This document shows, piece by piece, positions 20,562-30,824 of a DNA stretch of 64,000 nt. Source of the stretch: Methanobacteriota archaeon (GTDB lineage Archaea; Halobacteriota; Bog-38; Methanoflorentales; Methanoflorentaceae). Where the stretch lies: positions 128,001 through 192,000 of the forward strand of contig OY970393.1 of the NCBI GenBank assembly GCA_963720465.1, given 5' to 3'. The notes under the pieces are model-generated. The model saw nothing but the letters and a program-made list of their open reading frames with translations, was not told the DNA's origin and ran no database searches. Position numbers and translations under genes: made by a program. The stretch's first letter is position 1; each line of letters opens with the position of its first letter.

Positions 20562-21788
20562 ATGCATTTGGAATGTATTGACTGCGGCAAGAGGCACGAC
20601 CTCTCAACCGTCGCGAACACGTGCAGTTGCGACGGTCTTCTTGAAATCAGGTACGACTTCTCGAAAGTACAATTCAGTTTAGAAGATCTTTCGGCTATTC
20701 CGCCGCATGTGTGGAAATATCGCGAACTCCTTCCGATCTCAGGGGCGCCCATCTCGCTAATGGAAGGAGGGACGCCTCTTTACCGATGCAAAAGGCTTGA
20801 AGAGGAGTGTGGTGTCAAAGAGTTGTACGTCAAACACGAGGGGATGAACCCTACAGGCTCGTTCAAGGACAGGGGCATGACCGTAGGTGTTTCACGAGCA
20901 GCGGAACTTGGGACCAAGACCGTAGCGTGCGCCTCGACAGGGAATACCTCTGCATCTATGGCGATTTACGCTGCAAAAGCGGGCATGGAAGCAGTCGTTC
21001 TTTTGCCTCAAGGTCACGTAGCGTTGGGAAAGGTTGCCCAGGCACTCATGCACGGTGCAAAAGTACTATCTGTCAGGGGCAACTTCGATGATGCTCTGCT
21101 GCTTGTTCAACGACTCTGTTCGGAAAAAGGATTCTACCTTCTAAATTCAGTGAACCCATACAGGCTAGAAGGGCAAAAAACGATCGCATTTGAAACGGTT
21201 GATCAGCTTGTCGCGTACGGCAGCGAGAAATCGCCTGACCGCGTAATCGTTCCCGTGGGCAACGCAGGCAATATCAGCGCAATTTATAAAGGATACAAGG
21301 AATTCCGAGAACTTGACATCATTCGGGACGTGCCGATGATGACAGGGATACAAGCAAGTCGGTCTGCTCCGATCGTGGATGCTTTTCGACGCGGCTTGGC
21401 TGAGATAGAGCCGGTGATCGAACCCGAAACTGTCGCGACCGCAATCAGAATTGGCAACCCGATAAATGCCCCCAAAGCCCTGCAAGCGATAAGACAATCT
21501 AACGGCGTCGCAGAATCAGTAACCGATCAAGAGATACTCAAAGCTCAAAAAGATTTAGCACGGTTGGAAGGCATCGGAGTCGAGCCGGCAAGTGCAGCTT
21601 CAATCGCAGGACTAAGAAAGTTGGCTAGGCAAGGCACAATCGAGCGGGACGAGATTGTGGTTTGCATTGCAACTGGTCATCTCTTAAAGGATCCTGAAAC
21701 TGTTATAAGATCATCAAGCCCACTTACTGAAGTAGAAGCGGATTTTGACGTGCTTTATGAGGCGCTCTCTAACCTTGAGCGGCTCTAA
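20562..21788 (+). CDS. thrC: Threonine synthase
   Basis: Motifs NPTGSFKDRG, ASTGNTSAS, NSVNPYRLEGQKT, PVGNAGN and TGHLLKD. Confidence 0.95.
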   Translation: MHLECIDCGKRHDLSTVANTCSCDGLLEIRYDFSKVQFSLEDLSAIPPHVWKYRELLPISGAPISLMEGGTPLYRCKRLEEECGVKELYVKHEGMNPTGSFKDRGMTVGVSRAAELGTKTVACASTGNTSASMAIYAAKAGMEAVVLLPQGHVALGKVAQALMHGAKVLSVRGNFDDALLLVQRLCSEKGFYLLNSVNPYRLEGQKTIAFETVDQLVAYGSEKSPDRVIVPVGNAGNISAIYKGYKEFRELDIIRDVPMMTGIQASRSAPIVDAFRRGLAEIEPVIEPETVATAIRIGNPINAPKALQAIRQSNGVAESVTDQEILKAQKDLARLEGIGVEPASAASIAGLRKLARQGTIERDEIVVCIATGHLLKDPETVIRSSSPLTEVEADFDVLYEALSNLERL

Positions 21789-21897
21789 CGACTACACGCG
21801 CAAAGGTCCTTCTTCGATGGGATAGATAGTTCTTAGAGTGACACAATAGCGCAACAACGCGTGTCGTGTCGTGCGCGCTATCGTGATGGCGTCACAA

Positions 21898-22824
21898 TTA
21901 CGTCTGAATTTCGCGAGTTCCAATGGGAGAAGCTGCTTTATAGCGCTCTAAGTTAAAGTTCGCGTAGTCTTGAATTAGTTTAATTTGGGCTTCGCCCCCG
22001 GGCATCTTGAAAAGGTGAGCAAATCGTCTCTGTTGCTTGAGATACTCTTCAACGGGCTGTTGGCGAGGTACCTTCATCACGTTGACGAGTTCACCATCCA
22101 CTATTTCGTACATCATCCAAAGTCCGGTTTCCACTGCGAGTCGTGCGATCTCTATTGTTTTTGCGCTGTCGAAACCCCATCCAACGTTGCAAGGAGCATG
22201 AATCTGCAAATACGCCGGGCCGCGGACAGCAATACCTTTTTGCACTTTCTTTGCCAAGTCTCTCGGATAACCGACAGAGGTTGTTGCGACATAGGCTATG
22301 TCGTGGGCTGCCACTATGGCCGGCATGTTCTTTTTTGGCCGATCATTTCCGAACGATTTTTTGCCGAATGGACTCGTCGTGGTGGACGCATCGAACGGCG
22401 TGGAGCCACTGCGCTGGTTTCCCGTGTTCATGTACGCTTCGTTGTCGTAGCAAATGTAGCAGACGTCGTGACCCCGTTCGATCATTCCAGAAATAGCCTG
22501 CATGCCTATATCGACGGTTCCTCCATCGCCTGCAATCACCACGACTTTGCCCTCTTCGTCTCTGCCGAGTGCCTTAAGCGCAACTTCAATCCCCGAGGCG
22601 ACCGCTGCTGCGTTTTCAAAAAGCGAGTGGATCCACGGAACTTTCCAAGCGGATTGCGGATATTGCGAGGAAATGATTTCCATGCAGCCGGTTGAGTTTG
22701 CAATGAACACGTTTGCTCCTGTTGCTCTCAGAACTGCTTGTATTGTGAGTGCCGCGCCACATCCTGCGCATGCCCTGTGGCCCGACGCTAACAAGTCTAT
22801 TGGTCGCTCTTCTTCTGCTCGCAT
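21898..22824 (-). CDS. porB: Pyruvate:ferredoxin oxidoreductase beta subunit
   Basis: Motifs GHRACAGCG, STGCME, FENAAA, GDGGT.DIG and DNEAYMNTG.Q.S. Confidence 0.95.
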   Translation of the reverse strand: MRAEEERPIDLLASGHRACAGCGAALTIQAVLRATGANVFIANSTGCMEIISSQYPQSAWKVPWIHSLFENAAAVASGIEVALKALGRDEEGKVVVIAGDGGTVDIGMQAISGMIERGHDVCYICYDNEAYMNTGNQRSGSTPFDASTTTSPFGKKSFGNDRPKKNMPAIVAAHDIAYVATTSVGYPRDLAKKVQKGIAVRGPAYLQIHAPCNVGWGFDSAKTIEIARLAVETGLWMMYEIVDGELVNVMKVPRQQPVEEYLKQQRRFAHLFKMPGGEAQIKLIQDYANFNLERYKAASPIGTREIQT

Positions 22825-22826
22825 GT

Positions 22827-24011
22827 TTAAACCTCTTGGAAATCCAAAATCTTTGTGTTCAGGTCGAAAAATTTGCTGTTCAAAATTTTCTTGTCCTCGC
22901 GAATGCAGTCAAACATCTTTACAAACATTCGTTTTGGGATGTCTCTGCCTCCAAGGCCAGCGATGAAGCCGAAGGCCTTAGGGGCGTTATCATCGTGATA
23001 AAGGCTCGCTTTGACATCGGTGAAAAGTGCCCCTTCGAAACCAAGTGAGATGTTCTTATCTAAAATGCCAACGGCTTCCAATCCAGCCAAAGCGCTTCGT
23101 ATCTCATCGACCGGAAATGGGCGATACGAACGCAGTTTAATAGCGCCGGCCCGAACGCCGTCGTCGCGCAGATCGTCAACCGTATCTTTCAAAGTGCCGA
23201 CCACAGATCCCATTGCCATCAGCACATACTCGGCATCATCACACCTGTACTCCTCTATAAGGCCGCCGTAATCCCGGTCAAACACTTCACCGAATTCGCT
23301 CGATATTTCCGGTATTACAGCCTTAGCCGCTTCCAGCGCTCTGTGATTCTGATACCGGAACTCGGTATAGTAATTAGGATCGGCAAACATGCCGAAAGAC
23401 TTTGGATCGTAAACGTTTAGGAAGTCCGCAGGCTGGTAAGGCGGCAAAAAGTCATCGACAAGGTCCTGTTCGAGAAGTTCGACAGGTTCATAGGTGTGAG
23501 TCAGCGTGTAGCCGTCCATACAGATCATCACCGGAACTTGAATTCGGCTATCTTCCGCAATTCTATACGCTTGAATTGTCAGGTCGCTCGCTTCGGTGTT
23601 ATCTTCTGCATAGATTTGAATCCAGCCCGAATCGCGCTCTGAAATGGAATCTTGATGGTCATTCCAAATGCTGAGGGGTGCTGAGAGTGCTCTGTTTGCT
23701 ACCGTCATAACAATCGGCAATCGCATGCCTGCCGCGTTAAAAAGCACTTCGTGCATCAGAGCTAGGCCTTGCGAGGTTGTCGCAGTATACGTCCGCGCGC
23801 CAGTAGCGCTCGCGCCGAGGCATACTGACATTGCGGAATGTTCAGACTCCACTTTCACATATTGCGCATCGAGGTCCCCGTCCGCTATTAATTGAGAGAT
23901 ATCTTCCACGATGTGCGTCTGCGGGGTTATTGGATAAGCTGCTACTACGTTTGGCCGTGCCGCCTTTACTGCAAGTGCAATCGCGTGAGATCCTTCCATT
24001 ATCTCTCTCAT
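22827..24011 (-). CDS. porA: Pyruvate:ferredoxin oxidoreductase alpha subunit
   Basis: Motifs AAYPITPQT, ESEHSAMS, NRALSAP and GLGGRD. Confidence 0.95.
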   Translation of the reverse strand: MREIMEGSHAIALAVKAARPNVVAAYPITPQTHIVEDISQLIADGDLDAQYVKVESEHSAMSVCLGASATGARTYTATTSQGLALMHEVLFNAAGMRLPIVMTVANRALSAPLSIWNDHQDSISERDSGWIQIYAEDNTEASDLTIQAYRIAEDSRIQVPVMICMDGYTLTHTYEPVELLEQDLVDDFLPPYQPADFLNVYDPKSFGMFADPNYYTEFRYQNHRALEAAKAVIPEISSEFGEVFDRDYGGLIEEYRCDDAEYVLMAMGSVVGTLKDTVDDLRDDGVRAGAIKLRSYRPFPVDEIRSALAGLEAVGILDKNISLGFEGALFTDVKASLYHDDNAPKAFGFIAGLGGRDIPKRMFVKMFDCIREDKKILNSKFFDLNTKILDFQEV

Positions 24012-24012
24012 G

Positions 24013-24963
24013 CTACTTCTCCTCCAGTTTCATTTTGATACCCTTGATCGGGCACTCATTAGCACATATTCCGCACCCTTTACAATACGTCGGATCCAGT
24101 TCATATCGGATGTGGGCCTTCTTGACAGCGGCCTTCTTAATCTTGCCCGCCTTTTCGAGCTCTTCTGCCTTCTTTCGCGCCTCATCGGCTTCTCGTCCGC
24201 TTAACGTTCGCTCGATGATGGCAGCGTCAGGACAGTTCTCGAGGCATTTGCCGCAGCGGGTACATTGCTCCATGTCGAACTCGGGATAAAATACTCTCCA
24301 GTCGCCAGTTTTTGTGATTTCTGAGGTCCCAGGCTTTCCAATTGCGGCCGTTGGGATCTTTTCGTATCCTTCACGTGTTTCCTTCTTCTTTCGAGCTCGT
24401 GTCTTTTTGTGGGGCTTTCTCTCGGTTGCGGCCATAAGCTGGTAGGCCTGTTCTGCTGCCCGGACGTTCAGCTCTCCGACTTTCCCAGGGAATCGGGCCA
24501 GCACCGATCGCTTGATCGACTCGATACTGATCTCGCCCGTAGCACCTGCAAACGCCCCTAGCAGGGTTGTATTAACGATTGGTCGGCCTATAACCTCAAG
24601 GGCTATTGCCGTGGCGTCTATCATCCTTACATCAATCTCGGCGTCGAGTCCTATCTCTTCAGTTGATTTTTCCGAGTTCACAATCACCATGCCTTCAGGC
24701 TTCAGCCCAGCAGCAACATCAACCGCCGAGATTAGCGTTGCGTCTTGAACGATAACGTAATCAGGTTCGTAGATTTGACTTCTCAGACGAATTTTCTTAT
24801 CACTCAGGCGCGTAAATGCAGTTACTGGTGCGCCGCGCCTCTCAACGCCAAAAAAGGGGAATGCTTGGCTGTATTTTCCGTCTTCGAACGCTGCGACAGC
24901 GAGTAGTTCGGCAGCGGTAACAGAGCCCTGCCCGCCCCTGCCGTGTATGCGTACCTCTTTCAC
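24013..24963 (-). CDS. porG: Fused pyruvate:ferredoxin oxidoreductase gamma-delta subunit
   Basis: N-terminal RIHGRGGQG and [10 protein letters not shown] (gamma). C-terminal TGDWR..P, CxxCxxCxxxCP and [13 protein letters not shown] (delta). Confidence 0.9.
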   Translation of the reverse strand: MKEVRIHGRGGQGSVTAAELLAVAAFEDGKYSQAFPFFGVERRGAPVTAFTRLSDKKIRLRSQIYEPDYVIVQDATLISAVDVAAGLKPEGMVIVNSEKSTEEIGLDAEIDVRMIDATAIALEVIGRPIVNTTLLGAFAGATGEISIESIKRSVLARFPGKVGELNVRAAEQAYQLMAATERKPHKKTRARKKKETREGYEKIPTAAIGKPGTSEITKTGDWRVFYPEFDMEQCTRCGKCLENCPDAAIIERTLSGREADEARKKAEELEKAGKIKKAAVKKAHIRYELDPTYCKGCGICANECPIKGIKMKLEEK

Positions 24964-25153
24964 TTAGTGGCCTCCGTTGTTCATCATTAATCGTTCAATC
25001 TGATTTAATCCTTTCGAACGCATTATTTGATCCTAAACGCTCGTTTTGCAGATTCTGTGCTCAAGATGGTTATTTACTCAGTCGAAGTCGGGCAGGGTCA
25101 AAGGTCGTTGGCAGTGCTGCAGCTCCATTGAGGCGTGTGCAACCCCCGCGCTG

Positions 25154-26056
25154 TTAGAAATCGACCTGGATGCCCACAATATCGAGAGCGCCTTCCCACA
25201 CATCTTTAGCGATAGCCGCGCATCCCGTTGCTGCACTCCACGCGTCAAGAACGGTAGAAGAGGTGCCCAAGTGCTCGTCTAATAACACTTTCACTTTAGC
25301 GGCTGCAGACCCTGCCAAAAATATCGATCCCTGTGCTGAATAGTCTCGCAATAGGACTTGTAGTGCGTTGATCTCCATCGCCGCATACAGTGCCAGCGTT
25401 GCGACCATATCATGCTCGCTAAGGCCGCGTTTCAAAAGGCCGCCGCGAGAAAAAGCCTCGTTGGCAGTCATGAGGCCACTATCTACGTCCCGTATTGCTT
25501 GAAGATCCAAGGGTCCTTGTGTCACTCCTGGTGCAAATATTGCGGCATCAATTGCTCCTAAGATACGCGATTCCGCGACCGCGAGAGACACGGTATTGGA
25601 GCTTACGTCGCATAATATGAAGTCTCGGTCTTTGTGATACTTAGAGACATAGTAGGCTAGTCCGACCTTTTCTGGTGAGGCTCCGTGGGAAAAGAACTTC
25701 ATTCGAAAGTCGACGTTTGATTCGTCGTGGATTCCTGGTAATACGATCGCAGGCGTATCTGACTTATGAATTGCATCATAGACGGCGGTGCCTCCTCCGA
25801 TGTAACGTCCAGCTCCGCCAACAGCCTTGATGCCTCTGTTATGCACTTTTTTGGCGTTCGTGATCTTCGTGATACCATCGCCCATGGAGTATGTGAGCCC
25901 GATGAGCTTGACAAACTCAAGTTTGAGGTTTAGCCCCTCCTCCATATCGTGCACGACAGAAGACTCAACAATGTTTTGTCGCGGAAGCTCAAGCTTTCGT
26001 TTATCCAGAGTAGCAAAGCGAACAGCTTGGGTTCCGTGGTCAATGCCTATGAACAT
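25154..26056 (-). CDS. Methanogenesis marker protein 12 (UPF0285, ASKHA fold)
   Basis: Motifs MFIGIDHGT, TYSMGDGI, SHGASPEK, DVSSNTV and GPLDLQAIR. Confidence 0.88.
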   Translation of the reverse strand: MFIGIDHGTQAVRFATLDKRKLELPRQNIVESSVVHDMEEGLNLKLEFVKLIGLTYSMGDGITKITNAKKVHNRGIKAVGGAGRYIGGGTAVYDAIHKSDTPAIVLPGIHDESNVDFRMKFFSHGASPEKVGLAYYVSKYHKDRDFILCDVSSNTVSLAVAESRILGAIDAAIFAPGVTQGPLDLQAIRDVDSGLMTANEAFSRGGLLKRGLSEHDMVATLALYAAMEINALQVLLRDYSAQGSIFLAGSAAAKVKVLLDEHLGTSSTVLDAWSAATGCAAIAKDVWEGALDIVGIQVDF

Positions 26057-26082
26057 GTTCTTTGCAGAGTCAGATAAGAAAA

Positions 26083-26179
26083 AGCCTCAGGCGGAATTTG
26101 AATCCGCGACCTCGTCCTCTCTGTGTTCGATTCGAGAAACGTACCAAGGACGCGCTATACCAGGCTTAGCCACTGAGGC
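26083..26179 (-). tRNA. trnT: tRNA-Thr(GGU) with a 23-nt intron at position 37/38 (intron 26119-26141)
   Basis: Reverse complement GCCTCAGTGGCTAAGCCTGGTATAGCGCGTCCTTGGTA[intron]AGGACGAGGTCGCGGATTCAAATTCCGCCTGAGGCT folds to a cloverleaf of 74 nt after intron removal. Confidence 0.93.
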
Positions 26180-26343
26180 ATCACAATTCATCTTTTATAC
26201 CAGGTTACTCTATAAATAATTTAAGTCGTGGTATATCGTCGCTGAGCTGAGCTACAGGCGAAAAAACAAGCTTTTGGGCTCGGTCGCCGGCGACTAGGAA
26301 ATGGCGCGAGTCAATACACGCACGAAACTGTTGGGGGATTTGC

Positions 26344-27561
26344 GTGAGGGACGATAATAATATGCTCATCGATAAGGTCGCAACGAAAAAGTTGGGGCTC
26401 CATCAAATCGATCTTCCTGCGTCAGAGGCAATTGAAATCAGGCGCAAAGCGGTCGAAAAATTGACAGGAACGGCATTGGATGCGCTCGGCGCGTATGCTC
26501 TTGACGCCGAGTCCTCCTCGCAACGGAATATCGAAAACATGATCGGAGCCGTGCAAATACCAGTCGGTATTGCTGGCCCTCTGGCAGTTGAGGGGGAATA
26601 TGCGAATGGAGAGTTCTACATACCTCTGGCTACGACGGAAGGGGCTTTGGTCGCCTCCGTGAACCGAGGTTGCAAGGCAATTACCTCTGCGGGAGGTGCC
26701 CTTGTTAGGATTTTCAACGACGAAATGACCCGTGCTCCAGTTTTTGAGGTGGCCGATGTGGTCGAAGCGCGGCGCGTTGTTGAATGGGTCAAGAAGCCAG
26801 AAAACTTTACTAAGCTTAAGAAAGCAACTAGGGAGACTACAAAACACGGGGAACTCGTTCGGGTAGACCCTTACGTTGTTGCGGACAACGTTTTCCTGCG
26901 GTGTGCGTTTGACACTAAAGACGCCCTTGGCATGAACATGGTCACCATTGCTACTGACAGACTTGCCGACATCATTGTTGAGGAGCTCGACATTCGGCTG
27001 GTAGCCCTTTCAGGCAATATGTGCGTAGATAAGAAACCAGCTGCGATCAACTTAATTGAAGGCAGAGGCAAAAACGTAGTTGCCGAAACCTCTATCCCTC
27101 GACGCATTATTCACGACGAGCTGAAGACGACGCCTGACAGCATGGCAGATGTTCATTATCGGAAAAATATGCTTGGATCTGCCAAAGCGGGATCGCTGGG
27201 CTTCAACGCACACGCAGCAAACGTCATAGCGGCTATTTTTATAGCAACTGGTCAGGACCCGGCTCATGTTGTCGATGCATCGACGGCGATTACTAGCCTT
27301 TCTGCTCGAGGAGACGAATTGTACGCATCCGTAAGCATGCCCTCTCTGCCAGTTGGCACGGTAGGCGGGGGAACCTCGATCAAAACGCAGCACGAGTGTT
27401 TGTCGATAATGGACGTGGCGGGCGGAGGGAAGCCCCCAGGAGCACACGCTAAGAAATTTGCTGAAATCATCTGCTGTGCCGTGCTTGCGGGCGAGCTCTC
27501 TCTCATAGCAGCCCTCGCTGCAAGACATCTTGCGAGAGCACACGCGACGCTTGGGCGGTGA
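26344..27561 (+). CDS. hmgA: HMG-CoA reductase (class I, NADPH)
   Basis: Motifs ENMIG, PLATTEGALVAS, DALGMNM, SGNMCVDKK and GTVGGGT. Confidence 0.96.
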   Translation: MRDDNNMLIDKVATKKLGLHQIDLPASEAIEIRRKAVEKLTGTALDALGAYALDAESSSQRNIENMIGAVQIPVGIAGPLAVEGEYANGEFYIPLATTEGALVASVNRGCKAITSAGGALVRIFNDEMTRAPVFEVADVVEARRVVEWVKKPENFTKLKKATRETTKHGELVRVDPYVVADNVFLRCAFDTKDALGMNMVTIATDRLADIIVEELDIRLVALSGNMCVDKKPAAINLIEGRGKNVVAETSIPRRIIHDELKTTPDSMADVHYRKNMLGSAKAGSLGFNAHAANVIAAIFIATGQDPAHVVDASTAITSLSARGDELYASVSMPSLPVGTVGGGTSIKTQHECLSIMDVAGGGKPPGAHAKKFAEIICCAVLAGELSLIAALAARHLARAHATLGR

Positions 27562-27727
27562 CAGCACAGCAGCGTGCGCGATAACGTGAGATTACGACGT
27601 AAAGGTATCTTCGTTGCGCAGACCACTCGCGAATCACGGAACGTTTGTTTAAGAGGCTATCGTCTGCGCATCTAAGCTCATTCTCAAAAAAGAGTGAAAA
27701 GCAAGCGACCTGGGATGGTTGAACAGT

Positions 27728-28117
27728 TCATACTGGAACAAATTTCGTCCCGTAGTAGATCACGCCGTCTGGTCCTTCCTCTCCAAGCTTTCTAAAAACC
27801 GACTTAACGCGCATTCCGATCTTGATCTCAGACGGATCGCAAACGATCTGCGCCGTAAACTTTGGCCCCTCGTCGAGTTCCACAATTGCCAGAACGTATG
27901 GCGTCATTTTGCTGAAAGCTTCAGGAGCCGAATATATCGTAGTGTGAGTTACAACTTTTCCGGTGCCTTCAAACTGATATTCGCGAATCACGCCCTTACG
28001 TCTGCAAGAGATGCACACGCGCCGCGGGGGGAAGTAATAGGTATTACAGTTCTCACATTTTGTGCCGATGAGGTTATACCTGTTGGGTATCTCTCTACAA
28101 AAACGCGCAACGGTCAT
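27728..28117 (-). CDS. DUF35 Zn-ribbon/OB-fold scaffold of the thiolase/HMG-CoA synthase complex
   Basis: CENC...PPR..C..C and YGTKF motifs; lies downstream of the thiolase. Confidence 0.92.
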   Translation of the reverse strand: MTVARFCREIPNRYNLIGTKCENCNTYYFPPRRVCISCRRKGVIREYQFEGTGKVVTHTTIYSAPEAFSKMTPYVLAIVELDEGPKFTAQIVCDPSEIKIGMRVKSVFRKLGEEGPDGVIYYGTKFVPV

Positions 28118-28121
28118 CGAT

Positions 28122-29285
28122 TCACCTCGCTAGGATATGCACAACGACGGTGCCACCCGTTCCGCCGACGTTGTGGGTCAAGCCGACTTCAGCCCCCTCA
28201 ACCTGCCTCTTTCCTGCATCGCCTCTCAACTGCTCGGCAATCTCCACTGCTTGCTTTATTCCCGTTGCCCCTACCGGATGCCCGCAAGCCTTCAGCCCTC
28301 CGCTTGTGTTTATCGGTATTTTGCCACCGATTGCGGTATCGCCGGCAAGCGTTGCGGGACCTCCTCGGCCTTTTTCAAAAAACCGGAGATCTTCAATCGC
28401 CATTATCTCAGCGATTGTAAAGCAGTCATGCACCTCAGCCACATCGATGTTTGACCGTTCTAGCCTCGCGGTCTTGAAGGCCCGATCTGCGGCAACTGTG
28501 GTCGCGTCGATGCTCGTTAGGCTCCGACGATCGTGCAAAGAGATCGTATCGCTGGCTTGGCTAGCGGCTTTGACGTAGATCGGAGTATCTGTGAATTCTC
28601 GCGCTCTTTCGGCAGGAACCAAAACAACTGCAGCCGCTCCGTCTGTAATTGGACTGCAGTCAAAAAGTCGAAGAGGATCTGCGACGAGGGGTGAGCTGAT
28701 AACCGATTCAATTGTGATTTTATTCCGGAACTGTGCCCTGGGATTCATTGAACCGTGGTAATGATTCTTAACGGCTACCTGGGCGAGCTGCTCTCGCGTG
28801 GTACCAAATTCGTGCATATGTGCCCGCGCCATCATGGCGTAGAGTCCCGGAAACGTGGCGCCAACTGCAGCCTCCCATTCCCGGTCAGCAGCAGCAGCGA
28901 GCGCGTCCATCGCCTTCTCTGCGCCAATGTCCGTCATCTTTTCTATGCCTGCAGAGATAACAATGTCATGGTACTCAGAAGCTACTGCAATGATGCCACT
29001 TCGCAGCGCGAGACCACCTGAGGCGCACGCGGCTTCCACTCGGGTGCTTGGCACGTTGTTGGAAATGAGGCCGGAGTAATCGGCGATAAGCGCGCCGACG
29101 TGCTCTTGCTGGATGAATATTCCTGAGCTCATGTTGCCTCCGTAAAGCGCCTCTACCTGTGCACCGCTCATGCCGGCATCCTCAAGAGCCATCAAGCCCG
29201 CTTCGATGAAAAGGTCGCGGAAACTTTTGTCCCACATCTCGCCGAATTTTGTGCATCCTATGCCAACGATAGCTACTTCTCTCAT
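28122..29285 (-). CDS. Acetoacetyl-CoA thiolase (archaeal type)
   Basis: Motifs [32 protein letters not shown] and HNVGGTG. Confidence 0.95.
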   Translation of the reverse strand: MREVAIVGIGCTKFGEMWDKSFRDLFIEAGLMALEDAGMSGAQVEALYGGNMSSGIFIQQEHVGALIADYSGLISNNVPSTRVEAACASGGLALRSGIIAVASEYHDIVISAGIEKMTDIGAEKAMDALAAAADREWEAAVGATFPGLYAMMARAHMHEFGTTREQLAQVAVKNHYHGSMNPRAQFRNKITIESVISSPLVADPLRLFDCSPITDGAAAVVLVPAERAREFTDTPIYVKAASQASDTISLHDRRSLTSIDATTVAADRAFKTARLERSNIDVAEVHDCFTIAEIMAIEDLRFFEKGRGGPATLAGDTAIGGKIPINTSGGLKACGHPVGATGIKQAVEIAEQLRGDAGKRQVEGAEVGLTHNVGGTGGTVVVHILAR

Positions 29286-29318
29286 TGTGAATCGCCGTAT
29301 TGCGGTGTTGGATCCTCG

Positions 29319-30359
29319 TTAGAGTACGATCTTGTTTTTATGCTTAGCGTAAATTGCATAATCTAGATAAATCGGTGCAGCAAGCAGTTCTGCAACGCTT
29401 GGGGCATGATCTTGTATCTTGCAGATCTCTTCTGTCACGCGAAACGTGAACGAATCGCTACCTGCCCCTGACCCAAAGGAGGTCATGAAGATGCGACTGC
29501 CAGGCTCCGCAACATCCAGCACAGATGCCAGTCCTATAAGCGATGACCCGGAGTAGGCATTCCCCAGTTTTTCGACCACAAGGCCTTGTTTTACTTGTTG
29601 CTGTGAAAAACCAAGTGTGGAAGCAACTTTGCGAGGAAATTTGCCATTTGGTTGATGAAAGACAGCGAAGTCGAAGTCCTCAGGCCTGCTGTGCGTCTTA
29701 TGAAGCAATCCTCGCGCCCCTGCCAAAACGTGTTTGAAATAGCCTGGCTCTCCTGTGAACCTTCCGCCGTGTTTCGGGTATTGCTGGCCTTCCCGCCTCC
29801 AAAAGTCGAAGGTATCAGTGGTGAACGAATATGTGTCTTCAATTTCAGCAATCACACGGCTTTTTCCAACGACGTAAGCCGCGCCGCCTGCTGCCGCTGT
29901 ATATTCTAAAGCATCTGCGGGAGCTCCCTGTGCTGTATCGGCGCCTATCGCCATGCCATACTTGATATAGTCAGCAGCGACCAATCCTAGGCACGTCTGC
30001 AAAGCAGCGGTCCCCGCTTTGCACGCAAACTCATAGTCAGCAGCCATTAGCTCCGGCGTTGCCCTGACCGCTTCAGCAACGATCGTCGCCGTCGGCTTGA
30101 CCGTATAAGGATGAGATTCACTGCCGACGTATATAGCTCCAATTTCGGCTCCCGCTAAGCCAGATCGCTGAAGCGCGGAGCGAGCAGCTTCGACTGCGAT
30201 GGTAGCCGTGTCTTCATCTCGGTCTGGGACTGATTTTTCAAAAACGCGCAGGCCTTTTTTAATGTCGTTGGGGTCATCTCCCCACACTCGCGCAATCTCT
30301 TCGACTCTGATCCGGTATCGGGGTATGTACACGCCGTACGTTGTAATCCCAATAGACAC
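29319..30359 (-). CDS. hmgB: HMG-CoA synthase (archaeal type)
   Basis: Motifs [35 protein letters not shown] and SFGSGAGSD. Confidence 0.95.
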   Translation of the reverse strand: MSIGITTYGVYIPRYRIRVEEIARVWGDDPNDIKKGLRVFEKSVPDRDEDTATIAVEAARSALQRSGLAGAEIGAIYVGSESHPYTVKPTATIVAEAVRATPELMAADYEFACKAGTAALQTCLGLVAADYIKYGMAIGADTAQGAPADALEYTAAAGGAAYVVGKSRVIAEIEDTYSFTTDTFDFWRREGQQYPKHGGRFTGEPGYFKHVLAGARGLLHKTHSRPEDFDFAVFHQPNGKFPRKVASTLGFSQQQVKQGLVVEKLGNAYSGSSLIGLASVLDVAEPGSRIFMTSFGSGAGSDSFTFRVTEEICKIQDHAPSVAELLAAPIYLDYAIYAKHKNKIVL

Positions 30360-30564
30360 GTTACTTGCTCCTAAACAGATGGTCCTTAATCCAGTGAATT
30401 AGCAAAATATGCTGCGCACGGAATGCTTAATCTAAATCGCAAGCACCTTCTAACAGACATAAAAAGTCGTCAGCATTCTCTAAACTCATGTTACACTGTT
30501 ATGTATTGCGCGCGCTATTTATTAGCTTTTGTAAAGGTTACTAAGTTGCGCAGGGTTTAACTAG

Positions 30565-30638
30565 TGGGGCCACCGAGATTTGAACTCGGGTCTGAGGACC
30601 CCCAGTCCCCAAGGATATCCAGGCTACCCTATGGCCCC
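30565..30638 (-). tRNA. trnP: tRNA-Pro(GGG)
   Basis: Reverse complement GGGGCCATAGGGTAGCCTGGATATCCTTGGGGACTGGGGGTCCTCAGACCCGAGTTCAAATCTCGGTGGCCCCA folds to a cloverleaf. Confidence 0.95.
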
Positions 30639-30824
30639 TTCATATTGAACATGCTCTAACCCTATATTACTTCTATTCAATGCGACTTGTTATTGCTTAG
30701 CTTTCTGTAACTGCAACGGCTCTGCTTTTCACAAAGATCTCTGATTTGTCAAGCTCTGTCAATCTTGGGCTCGGTGTCAATAGACATTCGAGGCGCAAAA
30801 AAGCAAACTCGCAGAATCCATATG

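Noticed and set aside
21985-28420. Long antisense ORFs such as 21985..22695 and 27719..28420
   Set aside because: They are shadows of well-supported genes on the opposite strand and have no recognisable motifs.
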